Below are positions 1 to 12,560 of a stretch of 30,174 nt of DNA, piece by piece. The notes below the pieces were generated by a model. That model was not told the DNA's origin, did not search any database, and saw only the letters and a list, made by a program, of their open reading frames with translations. Positions within the stretch are counted from its first letter, which is position 1; every line of letters starts with the position of its first letter. The position numbers were made by a program, and so were the translations under genes. This DNA comes from Octopus sinensis. Its lineage: Eukaryota. The stretch spans positions 1 to 30,174 of the forward strand of contig NW_021833146.1 of the NCBI RefSeq assembly GCF_006345805.1, written 5' to 3'.

Positions 1-650
1 ACTGCCCCTGGATTTCTGCCATCCCCATGTGCCCCCTATTTAGGGTTCAATCAGAAGCAAATATCATTATACTTTCTTGCTACATTACCATCTGAGACAA
101 TGGATATTATCCAACCATCCTGTTCTTGATCTATCCCTTGGTCTCCTATCTGTCATAGGGGTAGGGCCGGCCCTCTTCCATAGGGTCCTATCAGAATCAA
201 CTGTTATCAGGATTTCCAGCAAGGTTACCAAGTGTGACCAATGGATATTATCCAGCCATCTTGCTTTAGGCCTTCTGTTTGTCATGGGGATAGAGCCCTC
301 AGGCCCCACCTCCATAGGGTCCTACCAGAAGTAACCATCATTAGACTTTCTGTCTGGATTCCCTAGTATGACCAAGCGAGACTATAGATGTTATCCAACC
401 ATCTTGTTCTTGATCTGCTCCGGAGTTTCTGCCAGTTGTGAGGGGTAGGGTCCTCAGGTAGGTCCTCTGTAGGGTCCTATCAGAAGAAACTGTCATAAGG
501 CTTTCCAGGTGAATTCCCAAACATGACCGACTGAAATTATGGATGTTACACAACCATCTCGTTCTTGATCTGCTCCTTGGTCTCCCGGCTGTTGAGTCAG
601 GAAACCACTCCGGTAGACATCCCAAGTCTAGTCGTGGATGGCCATATTTC
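1..650 (-). mobile_element. Degenerate RTE-clade LINE ORF C-terminus, reiterated ~4.5x head-to-tail
   Basis: Motif tggatattatccaaccatc recurs at ~101, 242, 385 and 540 (periods 141-155 bp). Minus-strand translations RPRSRSRTRWLCNIH...CLGIHLESLMTVSSDRTL and RRPRDRSRTGWLDNIH resemble the RTE/Expander-type RT tail RRPRGRPRTRWxD...LGIPPExL (recalled, not searched). Frames are broken. Confidence 0.65.
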
Positions 651-679
651 TAGTAATTTACATAACACCAACACCACTG

Positions 680-1640
680 CAACAACACCAACGGCGACAA
701 CAACAACCATTGCCACCATCACCACGACCATCACCACGCACATCACCACCGCCCACACCACCCAGCACCACATCAGCCACCCCACCAGTCACACAACCAT
801 TACCTCACCCACCGCCACCACCTCATCTTCAGCTACCACTACCATTAACCACTATGATGGCTATCACCACCACCACCACCACCACCACCACCACCACTGC
901 CACCAACTTATCTTCAGCTACCACTGCTATTAACCACCTCGATGGCTAACACCGCTACCACCACCACCACCACCACCACACCACCACCACCGCCACCACC
1001 ACCACCACCACTGCCACCACCAACTCATCTTCAGCTACCACTACCATTAACCACCTCGATGGGTAACACCACCACCACCACCACCACCACCACCACCACC
1101 ACCACTGACACTGCTGCTGACACCACCGCCAATGCCACAGCTGATGACAACACTGCCGACACCACCACCACCAGCACCACCACTTCTTTCACCAACATCA
1201 CAACCCCCATTATTACCCCCATCTCAACCCCATGGGCTCACAAGAGAACCTCTACTTGGGGAGTCGGGCTAATCAATCTGCTCGAAATAGCAGCTAAATA
1301 TCCCTTCGAATCATATCGGATCAGATCAGATCACCATCTTCTTTCATTAGGAAAAAGGGACACACAGCATAATGCCCCCCCCCACCCCACTGTCACCACA
1401 ACAGCAATAACAATCACAACCACCACGACCACCACCATCGACCTCACCAACATCATCACCACCACCACCACCACCGCCAAATCGACTTCAGCTGCCCACC
1501 CCACCCCGTCATTACCACCACATGAATCACTAGCACCACCATCGTCACCACTCCCCACCCACCCACCCCGATCACTGCCCCCACTCAACAAACCCTCCCC
1601 ACCATCACTCACCACCACCACCACCACAGCACCACAACCT
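680..1640. repeat. Compound (CAC/ACC)n microsatellite with a 3x ~45-bp embedded core
   Basis: Direct inspection. Core ctcatcttcagctaccactaccattaaccac at ~821, 906 and 1023. Confidence 0.9.
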
Positions 1641-1754
1641 TAAATAACCCTCTTCCCTGCTCCCAACCCTGAGGCACATGTCAACAGTAAAAACAGCTGG
1701 GCGGAGCTTAATTCCTTTCAAGCAGGGCATGTGATGACCCCGAATGTCATATGC

Positions 1755-1869
1755 GCACACACACACACACCACACACACACACACACCACACACACACAC
1801 ACACCACACACACACACACACACGCGAACACGTGCACACAGATATAGACATACATTCATATGTGTGTGC

Positions 1870-1901
<32 letters not shown>

Positions 1902-2278
1902 GGGTCTATATATTATATATATATATATATATTTGTATTTATATCTATATATATATATACACATATATATATATACATATATATATATATTTGTATTTAT
2001 ATCTATATATATATACATATATATATATACATATATATATATATATTTGTATTTATATCTATATATATATACACATATATATATAATATATATATATATT
2101 TTGTATTATATCTATATATATATATACACTATATATATATATACATTTATATATACATATATATATACACATATTTATGTTTATACATATATTTATATTT
2201 TTATATATACATATACACATTATATATATGTATACAAATTATATATATGAGTGTATATATACATACATATATACATAA

Positions 2279-2309
<31 letters not shown>

Positions 2310-2587
2310 TATATATATATAATATATATAATATATTTATGTTTATACATACATATATATATATTTATGTGTAAATATACATATATGTATATATATTTAT
2401 ATATGTCTATATATATATATATGTGTGTGTCTATATATATTTATATTTATATATAGGTCTATACACAGATCTATACACAGACACGAATGTGCATAAGTAA
2501 ACCCTTGTCAAATGCATGCACATATACACACACACACAAATGCACACTTTACACACTATCGTGGACTCACACTCTCATATGTAAATG

Positions 2588-2625
<38 letters not shown>

Positions 2626-2700
2626 ATTACCCACTGACCCACATAGACACACACACACACACACTCACATATTTCTCCCCTCCATTTTCTACACTAACTG
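1755..2700. repeat. Compound (CA)n/(TA)n/(GA)n microsatellite
   Basis: Direct inspection. Confidence 0.95.
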
Positions 2701-2797
2701 CTTAGATTTAATATGTAGGTGTTGAACAATGGAGACTGGAATTATAATCTCATTATATTTATGTATACACACAAATATATGCATACATATATATATA

Positions 2798-2963
2798 GGC
2801 ACAGGTGTGGCTGTGTGGTAAGAAGCTTGCTTCCCAACCATTTGGTTCCAGGTTCAGTCCCACAGCATGGCACCTGGAGTAAGTGTCTACTGCTATAGCC
2901 TCAGGTTGACCGAAGCCTTGTGAATGAATAGATTTGGTAGACGGAAACTGAAAGAAGCCCATC
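2798..2963 (+). mobile_element. SINE-A, 5' tRNA-like part only
   Basis: ggcacaggtgtggctgtgtggtaag...ggttcagtccc (A/B-box-like) ...gacggaaactgaaagaagccc. Same family as the full copy at 28593-29006. Confidence 0.85.
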
Positions 2964-2981
2964 ATATATATATATTATATG

Positions 2982-3025
<44 letters not shown>

Positions 3026-3107
3026 ATATGTATATATGTATGTATGCATGTATTATATTATATTATATATATATATAATATATATATATAATATATATAT
3101 ATATATA

Positions 3108-3266
3108 TACGTGCAGCAGTGGCTGTGTGGTAAGTGGCTTGCTTACCAGCTACATAGTTCTGGGTTCAGTCCCACTCCATGGCACCTTGGGAAAGTGTCT
3201 TCTACCATAGCCTTGGGTTGACCAAAGTCTTGTGAATGGATTTGGTAGACGGAAACTGAAAGAAGC

Positions 3267-3348
<82 letters not shown>

Positions 3349-3356
3349 CATGTATG

Positions 3357-3397
<41 letters not shown>

Positions 3398-3556
3398 GTG
3401 CAGCAGTGGCTGTGTGGTAAGTGGCTTGCTTACCAGCTACATAGTTGTGGGTTCAGTCCCACTCCATGGCACCTTGGGAAAGTGTCTTCTACCACAGCCT
3501 TGGGTTAACGAAAGCCTTGTGAGTGGATTTGGTAGACAGAAACTGAAAGAAGCCTG

Positions 3557-3560
<4 letters not shown>
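3108..3560 (+). mobile_element. Two tandem SINE-A heads (local duplication, ~287 bp period)
   Basis: Both begin acgtgcagcagtggctgtgtggtaagtggcttgcttaccagctacatagtt and share private variants. They are separated by (TA)n. Confidence 0.85.
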
Positions 3561-3596
<36 letters not shown>

Positions 3597-3601
<5 letters not shown>

Positions 3602-3843
3602 CTTGATCACCTTGACCGACCAGTCCATCAGGCATCCATTTGACACCACTGGTCACAGCACGCTGTCCACTCCTCCCTGGATCGCGCCTTTCGCATCCAC
3701 GTGATCCCAATCATCCACCTGAAATCGTAACTCCACCGTCGTGTAGGTCTTCCGGGTGGTCTTTTCCATTCACGCGGGTACCACTCGACAACTCCGTGGG
3801 TCCACCGATTATCGGTGAGCCGGGCGACGTGTCCAGCCCATCT
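3597..3843 (-). mobile_element. 5'-truncated RTE LINE (RT C-terminus plus short 3' end)
   Basis: RWAGHVARLTDNRWTHGVVEWYPREWKRPPGRPTRRWS is the classic RTE RT C-terminal motif. The stop at 3628 is followed by a tandem caaggtgat tail. Confidence 0.85.
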
Positions 3844-3847
3844 ATAT

Positions 3848-3848
<1 letters not shown>

Positions 3849-3879
<31 letters not shown>

Positions 3880-4404
3880 TTAACGTCCGTTGGACGGTTC
3901 AACCGGGGATCTGGGAAGCCAGAAGGCTGCACCAGGCTCCAGTCTGATCTGGCAGTGTTTCTACAGCTGGATGCCCTTCCTAACGCCAACCACTCCATGA
4001 GTGTAGTGGGTGCTTTTTACATGCCACCCGCACAGGTGCCAGGCGAGGCTGGCAACGGCCACGGTCGGATTGGTGCATTTTACGTGCCACCGGCACGGAA
4101 GCCAGTCAAGGCGGCGCTGGCACCGGCCACGATTCGGATAGTGCTTTTTACGTGCCACCAGTCCAGGGGTCCTGGCATCTGCCGGGTGCCAGTCATAGGA
4201 TTGGTTCAATTTCGATTCCGATTTCGATTTCGATTTCGCTTGCCCCAACATGTCTTCGCAAGCAAAGGGGGTTGGCATGGGTGCCTGTCGTCGGATGAGG
4301 TTCGATATCAACTTCGCTTGCCTCAACAGGTCTTTGTGTCCAAAGGAGGAAAGGCATGCATAAGTGGGCTGGGCTCACTTGTCCTGCCTGGTCGAGTGAG
4401 CCCA
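3849..4404 (-). mobile_element. Element B: non-autonomous retroposon ending ...ggacgttaa(atg)n
   Basis: Homologous to 21985-22510 and 29507-29833 (gttggcgttaggaagggcatccagctgtagaaac). Internal gtgccaccggcac repeats and a (CAT)n tail. Confidence 0.8.
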
Positions 4405-4683
4405 TATATATATATATGTATATATAAATAATAAGGGTGGCTCGTTTGAAATTTTGCAACCCAAAGGCAGAAGTATGTACATCACTAAAGTCACAGAGGG
4501 CATTAAGCCAGCACCAGTATTTGCTAGAAATAAGTGTTAAAACAACTCAAAGCCATAAGAAGCACACGTCTTTCATTCAGATAAGTACTTTAGTAACGTG
4601 TATATATGTGTGGTGTGTGTGTGTGTGTGAGTGCGTGCATACATACACATATATTCAGAAACACACACACTCACACATGTATT

Positions 4684-5121
4684 CTCTCTTTCTCTTTTAC
4701 TTGTTTCAGTCATTTGACTGCGGCCATGCTGGAGCACCGCCTTTAGTCGAGCAAATTGACCCCGGGACTTATTCTTTGTAAGCCCAGTACTTATTCTATC
4801 GGTCTCTTTTGCCGAACCGCTTAGTGACGGGGACGTAAACACACCAGCATCGGTTGTCAAGCAATGCTAGGGGGACAAACACAGACACACAAACACACAC
4901 ACACATAGACACACATAGACATACAAACATATACACACACATACATATATATATATACATATATATGACGGGCTTCTTTCAGTTTCCGTCTACCAAATCC
5001 ACTCACAAGGCATTGGTCGGCCCGAGGCTATAGTAGAAGACACTTGCCCAAGATGCCACGCAGTGGGACCGAACCTGAAACCATGTGGTTGGTTAGCAAG
5101 CTACTTACCACACAGCCACTC
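4684..5121 (-). mobile_element. SINE-A, near full length
   Basis: Reverse complement of 28593-29006, with an internal CA/TA microsatellite. Confidence 0.9.
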
Positions 5122-5606
5122 ACGCACACTCATACATATACGTACACACACACACACATATATAAACACATAGGCATGCACACACATACCACCCTATATT
5201 TAAAACCTCCACAGCCCTCTACAAAGTGTTACCTAATGCCTTACCTCTATGTATATATAATTATGGCCTGCATCTAACAATTTTTTCACTCTCTCCCTTT
5301 CCCGCTCTTGTCTCTCTCACCCTTCGAGTCTTCTCTAATTTTGTTTCCTCCCCCACTCCTGATCTCCATCACGCCACCAACACCACACACTGTTCCACAA
5401 AGCCAACGTGAGAACCTTCAGCATTGTAGATAAGCTTCTTAAAAACAGCAGCCAAATCTCCCTCGAATCACACCCTACTCTTTTAGGTAGGCATATGCAT
5501 ATGTATGGGCTAATAAAAGAGATTTCTATATGATTGGTAGATCTGTGAGAAGTAGCAGCCAAATCTCCCTCAAACTTCACCCTATTGTCTTATGTATGTA
5601 TATATA

Positions 5607-5964
5607 GGTGCAGGAGTGGCTGTGTGGTAAGTAGCTTGCTTACCAACCACATGGTTCTGGGTTCAGTCCCACTTTATGGCACCTTGGCCAAGTATCTTCT
5701 ACTATATCCTCAGGCCCACCAAAGCCTTGTGAGTGGATTTGGTAGATGGAAACTGAAAGAAGCCCGTCATATATATGTATATATATATATATGTATGTGT
5801 GTGTATATGTTTGTGTGTCTATGTTTGTCCCCCCAACATCGCTTGACAACCTATGGTGGTGTGTTTACGTCCCTGTAACTTAGTGGTTCGGCAACAGAGA
5901 CTGATAGAATAAGTACTAGGCTTAACAAAGAAAAATCCCGGGGTCGATTTGCTCGAAAAAAGGC

Positions 5965-5967
<3 letters not shown>
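5607..5967 (+). mobile_element. SINE-A, 3'-truncated into (GT)n
   Basis: Colinear with 28593-28950. Confidence 0.9.
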
Positions 5968-6006
<39 letters not shown>

Positions 6007-6119
6007 CGTGTGTGTATGTGTGTGTGTGTGTGTGCGTGCGTGTGTGTGTGTGTGTGTGTGTGCGTGTGTGTGTTTGCGCGCGCGTGTGTGTGTGTGTGTG
6101 TGGTGTGCATGTGTGTGCA

Positions 6120-6190
6120 TATGGCATAGTGGTTAAGAGCATGAACTACTAACCCCAATATTCCGAGTTCGATTCCAGGCTGTGACCTGA
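6120..6190 (+). mobile_element. Short tRNA-derived SINE with (AAG)/(AAC)n tail
   Basis: A box tggcatagtgg (6122-6132) and B box gagttcgattcc (6165-6176), followed by a trinucleotide tail. No complete cloverleaf. Confidence 0.6.
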
Positions 6191-6588
6191 AGAAGAAGAA
6201 CAACAACAACAACAACAACAGCAACAACAACAACAACAACCATGACAATATCAATAACAGCAGCAGCAACAACAACAACAACAATGCAGATTACAACAAC
6301 AACAACGACAACAACTAACAAAAAAAGACAAAAACAACAACAACACAGTATGTACTTTATCCCGCCCCCCCGCAAATTTTGCACAGCCACAACCCTCCCC
6401 CCCCAGGGACCACTGTTCCCCCCACCACCACCACCACCGCCACCTTTGTGTGGTCGATGTCCACCCACATCCCCTCGGCCAATTTGTCGCTTGGTGAATA
6501 TGAGACCCATTGGCGGATCCCATATATATATTTTTGAAAAGACTTCATTTTTCATAACCCCAGGATATCTTTGACACGTTTACCTACT

Positions 6589-7411
6589 TCTCTCTCTCTC
6601 TCTTCCCTTTCTCCCTCTCTCTCCCTCTCACTCTCTTTCTCTCTTCCCTCTCTCACTCTCTTTTCCCTCTCTCTCGCTTCCCTCTCTCTCGCTTCCCTCT
6701 CTCTCGCTTCCCTCTCTCTCCCTCTTCCCTCTCTCTCTGTATTCCCTCTCTCTCTCTCTTCCTTCTCTCTCTCTTCCCTCTCTCTCCTCTTCTCTCATTC
6801 TCCATATATTATACACTCTATTTGGGTGTGTATAAATTGTTGTTCGTGGATATATATGTATGTATGTATGTGTGTGTATGTATGTATGTATGTGTGTATG
6901 TATGTGTGTATGTATGTATGCATGTGTGCATGTATGTATGTATGTATGTATGTATGTGTGTATGTATGTATATACGCATGTGTGTATGTATGTATGTATG
7001 TGTGTATGTATGTATGTATGTGTATGTGTGTATGTATGTATGGTGTGTGTGCGTGTATTTATGTGTGTGTATGTATGTATGTGTGTGCGTGTATGTATGT
7101 ATGTATGTATGTATGTATGTGTGTATGTATGTATGTATGTATGTGTGTGTGTGTATGTATGTATGTGTGTGTGTATGTATGTATGTATGTATGTATGTGT
7201 GTGTGTATGTATGTATGTATGTATATATGTATGTGTGTGTGTGTATGTATGTATATATGTGTGTGTGTGTGTGTACAGTAAAGAATTTCAGTGAACAGGT
7301 TTTCCCCACACATGGTGTGTTGTAGTAAAAAAAAAAATCTATATAACAAAAAAAAGGAAGATGCACACAATTTATATATTTTTAATCATCATCACCATCA
7401 TCATCACCACC

Positions 7412-7457
<46 letters not shown>

Positions 7458-7474
7458 CCACCACCAACATCACC

Positions 7475-7532
<58 letters not shown>

Positions 7533-7555
7533 CCATCATCATCACCACCACCACC

Positions 7556-7589
<34 letters not shown>

Positions 7590-7735
7590 TCACCATCATC
7601 ACCACCACCACCACCACCACCACCATCATCACCATCATCATCACCACCACCATCATCATCATCATTATTATTATCATCATCATCATAATCATCATCATCA
7701 TTATCATCATCATCATCATCATCACCATCATCACC

Positions 7736-7769
<34 letters not shown>

Positions 7770-7810
7770 TCATCATCACCATCACCACCATCATCATCAC
7801 CATCATCACC

Positions 7811-7844
<34 letters not shown>

Positions 7845-7895
7845 TCATCGTCATCATCATCACCATCATCATCACCATCATCATCATCATCATCG

Positions 7896-7928
<33 letters not shown>

Positions 7929-8002
7929 CCACCATCATCATCACCATCATCATCACCACCATCATCACCAACACCACCACCACTACCACCACCGCCACCA
8001 CC

Positions 8003-8056
<54 letters not shown>

Positions 8057-8066
8057 GTCGTCATCG
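6589..8066. repeat. Adjacent microsatellites: (CT)n 6589-6800, (TATG/TG)n 6850-7275, (CAT/CAC)n 7385-8066
   Basis: Direct inspection. Confidence 0.95.
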
Positions 8067-8590
8067 TTTAATGTGAACCTTCCATGCTAAGCATGGGTGG
8101 GACGGTTTCTAAATAGCCGGCCAGACAGAAGCCTGCTCCAGACTTCTGTAACTGTTTTGGCAGGATTTTTCACAGCTGGATTGCCCTTCCTAACATCAAC
8201 CCCTCATCAGTGTGGACCCAGTGCTTTTTATGTGGCACGAGCACAGGTGAGGTCAGTTTTGGTAAGGTTTTTACAGCTGGATGCCCTTCTGAACACCATT
8301 ACCATGCTACGCCAGACTTCATGGTCCATCATGGCATTACGGAGGACCTGTTGCTGGATACCTGTATCCCTGGAGATTACATCAGGGTAGGAGAGTGTGC
8401 GCCCTCTGGTATTGCGAGTAGATGGCTTCCAGAGGAGAAGAGTAGAGATTACCTCTTTTTCAGCTCTACAACAATGTCCAGCAAACTGGACTCTCCTACC
8501 TTTCACAAGAGATGACACCTTTTACAATGTGCGCTGGGTGCTTTTAAGTGGCACGTGTACTGACAGGGTCACCAAATATTTGCGAGACAA
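8067..8590 (-). mobile_element. Diverged element-B-like copy interrupted by an RTE fragment
   Basis: ccttccatgctaagcatgggtgggacgg and ggatgcccttc match element B. The B-like sequence resumes at ~8515 (ctgggtgctttt). Confidence 0.6.
8300..8515 (-). mobile_element. RTE-like RT C-terminal fragment (second family)
   Basis: RRVQFAGHCCRAEKEVISTLLLWKP...RGRTLSYPDVISRDTG...AMMDHEVWRSMV is a typical FAGHC-type non-LTR RT tail. Confidence 0.75.
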
Positions 8591-10250
8591 AAAAAAACAT
8601 ATTTTATAAAACAGAATATTATGATTGTCTACCGGTTTCATGTTTTGCTATTCATGACTGGGAAATATAAGATAGAACAATATTTCACCAACAATATTCT
8701 ATCTCATAAAATATTTTAAAAATATATAAATTGAGTGCATTTTTGTTTCTTTTGTTATATATATATATATAAGACAAAAAAAACTTATAAATTTTATAAA
8801 ATAACATATTATGATAGTCTACCGGTTTCATGTTTTGCTATTCATGACTGGGAAATATAAGATAGAACATTATTTCACCAACAATATTCTATCTCATAAA
8901 ATATTTTTAAAATGTATAAATTGAGTGCATTTTTGTTTCTTTTGTTATATATAAGACAAAAAAACACTTATAAATTTTATAAAATAGAATATTATGATAG
9001 TCTACCGGTTCATGTTTTGCTATTCATGACTGGGAAATATAGATAGAACATTATTTCACCAACAATATTCTATCACATAAAATATTTTTAAAATGTATAA
9101 ATTGAGTGCATTTTTGTTTCTTTTGTTATATATATATATATAAGACAAAAACACTTATAAATTTTATAAAATAGAATATTATGATAGTCTACCGGTTTCG
9201 TATTTTGCTAATCATGACTGGGAAATATAGATAGAACATTATTTCACCAACATATTCTATCACATAAAATATTTTTAAAATGTATAAATTGAGTGCATTT
9301 TTGTTTCTTTTGTTATATATATATATATATAAGACAAAAACACTTATAAATTTTATAAAATAGAATATTATTATAGTCTACCGGTTTCATGTTTTGCTAT
9401 TCATGACTGGGAATATAAGATAGAACATTATTTCACCAACAATATTCTATCTCATAAAATATTTTTAAAATATATAAATGAGTGCATTTTTGTTTCTTTT
9501 GTTATATATATATATATAAGACAAAAAAAACTTATAAATTTTATAAAATAACATATTATGATAGTCTACCGGTTTCATGTTTTGCTATTCATGACTGGGA
9601 AATATAAGATAGAACATTATTTCACCAACAATATTCTATCTCATAAAATATTTTTAAAATGTATAAATTGAGTGCATTTTTGTTTCTTTTGTTATATATA
9701 TAAGACAAAAAAAACACTTATAAATTTTATAAAATAGAATATTATGATAGTCTACCGGTTTCGTATTTTGCTAATCATGACTGGGAAATATAAGATAGAA
9801 CATTATTTCACCAACAATATTCTATCACATAAAATATTTTTAAAATGTATAAATTGAGTGCATTTTTGTTTCTTTTGTTATATATATATATATAAGACAA
9901 AAACACTTATAAATTTTATAAAATAGAATATTATTATAGTCTACCGGTTTCATGTTTTGCTATTCATGACTGGGAAATATAAGATAGAACATTATTTCAC
10001 CAACAATATTCTATCTCATAAAATATTTTTAAAATATATAAATTGAGTGCATTTTTGTTTCTTTTGTTATATATATATATATATATAAGACAAAAAAAAC
10101 TTATAAATTTTATAAAATAACATATTATGATAGTTTACCGGTTTCATGTTTTGCTATTCATGACTGGGAAATATAAGATAGAACATTATTTCACTAACAA
10201 TATTCTCTTTTACAAAATATCTTAAAAATATAAAAATAGTGCACATTTTC
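8590..10250. repeat. AT-rich satellite, ~183-194 bp monomer, ~9 copies
   Basis: The anchor (c/t)taccggtt recurs at ~8628, 8819, 9002, 9189, 9378, 9566, 9750, 9941 and 10135. Each unit holds a variable (TA)n. Confidence 0.95.
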
Positions 10251-10269
10251 ATTTCTTTTGTGTTATATA

Positions 10270-12255
10270 AACCAGCACCACTACTACTACCACAAGCACC
10301 ATCACCACCAGCACAACCACCACTACCACTATCACCACTAGTACAACTACCGCCACCACCGCCACCACCACAATCACCACAACTAACACCACCACCACCA
10401 TTACCACAACCATCACCACCACCACTATCCCCACAACCACAACAATCACCACCACTACTACTACAACTACCACCAGCACCACAACCACCACCACCACCAC
10501 TACCACAACCACCACCACTACAACTACCACCACCACCACCACAACCATCATCAGCACAACCACCACTACCACCATCACCAGTACCACCACCACCACCACA
10601 ACTACCACAACAGAATTATTTGTATCATTACATTCATCAAATGTAACACCACTGCCACTACCACCACTACAGCCGCCACCATCACCACCACCACTACCAC
10701 TACAGGTGAGTGTGAGTGTCCGGTGAAGCAGTGGTAAGGGATTAACAAATCAGATGAAGGATGAATCCATTGATCTCATCAACAGAAGATAATCCAATGT
10801 GACAAATGGACTTATATATATCATAGAAGACTAGTGGTGGTGGTGGTATTGATGTTGGTGGCTGCAGTGGTGGTGAGTCATAGTAATATTGGTATTGGTG
10901 GTTGTGGTGGTTGTGGTGGTGGTGTAAGAAAGAGCAAACATATTCGCAAAGTTTGCAACAGGGGGGAAAAAATCTTTTAGCAACCACAAATAATTCTGGC
11001 AGTGGTGGTGATGGTAGTGGTAGTGGTTGTGCTGCTGGTGGTGGTGGAGGCGGCGGCGGCGGGGGTGGTGGTAGTTGGGTTTTTGGCTGGGGGAAGGGGG
11101 TTGTGGTGGTTATGGTGATGGTGGTTGTTGAAGTGGTGGCGGGTAGTAGTGGTGGTGGTTGTGGTAGATGTAGTAGTAGTAGTGGTGGTGGTTGTGGTGG
11201 TGGTGGTGGTGGTTATGGTGGTAGTGGTAGTTGTAGTAGTAGTGGTGATTGTGGTGGTGGTGATGGTGGTGGTAGTGGTGGTGGTGGTAGTAGTGGTGAT
11301 GGTGGTAGTAGTGGTGGTGGTGGTAGTAGTGGTGGTAGTGGTGGTGGTGGTGATGGTGGTGGTAGTGGTGGTGGTGGTGATGGTGGTGGTAGTGGTGGTG
11401 GTGGTGATGGTAGTGGTAGTGGTTGTGCTGCTGGTGGTCGTGGAGGCGGCGGTGGTCGTGGTGGTAGTTGGGTTTTTGACTGGGGGGGTTGTGGTGGTTA
11501 TGGTGATGGTGATGTTGAAGTGGTGGGGGGGTAGTAGTGGTGGTGGTTGTGGTAGATGTAGTAGTGGTAGTGGTGGGGGGTTGTAGTGGTGGTGGTTGTG
11601 GTAGATGTAGTAGTGGTTATGGTGGTGGTGGTTGTGGTTTTGGTTGTGGTGGTGGTTGTGGTGGTAGTGGTAGTTGTTGTAGTGGTGGTGATTGTGGTGG
11701 TGGTGGTGGTGATGGTAGTGGTAGTTGGGTTTTTGGCTTGGGGGGGTTGTGGTGGTTATGGTGATGGTGGTTGTTGAAGTGGTGGGGGGTAGTAGGGGTG
11801 GTGGTTGTGGTAGATGTAGTAGTGGTAGTGGTGGTGGTGGTTGTGGTTTTGGTTGTGGTGGTGGTGGTGGTGGTGGTGGTAGTGGTAGTTGTAGTAGTGG
11901 TGGTGATTGTGGTGGTGGTGGTGGTGGTGGTGGTGGTGATGGTGGTTGTTGAAGTGGTGGTGGTGGTGGTAGTGGTTGGGGTGGTTGTGCTGGTGGTGGC
12001 GGCGTCAGTGGTGATGGTGGTTGTGTTGGTGGTAGTAGTGGTGGTGGTTGTAGTAGTGGTGTTGATTGTGGTGGTGGTGGTGGTGGTTTTGGTTGTGGTG
12101 GTTGTGGTGGTGGTAATTGTGGTGGTTGTGGTGGTGGTGGTAGTTGTAGCAATGGTTGCGGTGATGGCAGTGGTTGTAGTTGTGGTGGTCGTTGTGCTGG
12201 TTGTGGTTGTGGTGGTGGTGAGGCGGTAGTTGGTGATGGTGGTGGTGGTGGTAAT
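10270..12255. repeat. (ACC)-type tract 10270-10705 and (GGT)-type tract 10830-12255 with embedded longer repeats
   Basis: Direct inspection. ggtagttgggtttttg recurs at ~11070, 11463 and 11719. Confidence 0.9.
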
Positions 12256-12560
12256 GTTTCAAAACTGTCATTGAAGTAGTGGGATCTGGTTTCACAGAGC
12301 CACGGAAAGAATAAATTTTGATTCAGGATCAAAACTGAAAAAAACAAAAACATTTAGTTGGGACGAAAATTTTTTTTTCCTCCCAAACGAAAATCTCTCA
12401 TCAGTATGACGGCAATTAGTGTGCAACCAACTGCAGCATCCAGGAGAAAGATGCTTGGTGGTGGCAGGAACCACACTGATGCTGGCAGACTATTAAAGGA
12501 TCGTTCGATAAGCATGAAAAGGAAAAGTGCCGTTCAGCTCTCAGATCATGCCTAGATTAT

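Noticed and set aside
3640-4431. 263-aa plus-strand ORF
   Set aside because: It spans the antisense of an RTE fragment, a CAT tract and element B; a chance read-through.
7291-8076. 261-aa poly-His ORF and the overlapping poly-Ile/Thr and Met/Val ORFs
   Set aside because: Pure (CAT/CAC)n microsatellite open in several frames on both strands, with no unique coding sequence or splice support.
10902-12260. Gly/Cys-rich loricrin- or keratin-associated-like protein on the plus strand
   Set aside because: The repeated GSWVFG units fall in different frames, and recurrent in-frame TGA/TAG codons interrupt it. The Gly richness is explained by (GGT)n.
10977-12353. 458-aa Pro/Thr-rich ORF, the longest in the track
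   Set aside because: The reverse complement of a GGT tract lacks stops by composition, and the peptide drifts between P, T and H registers.
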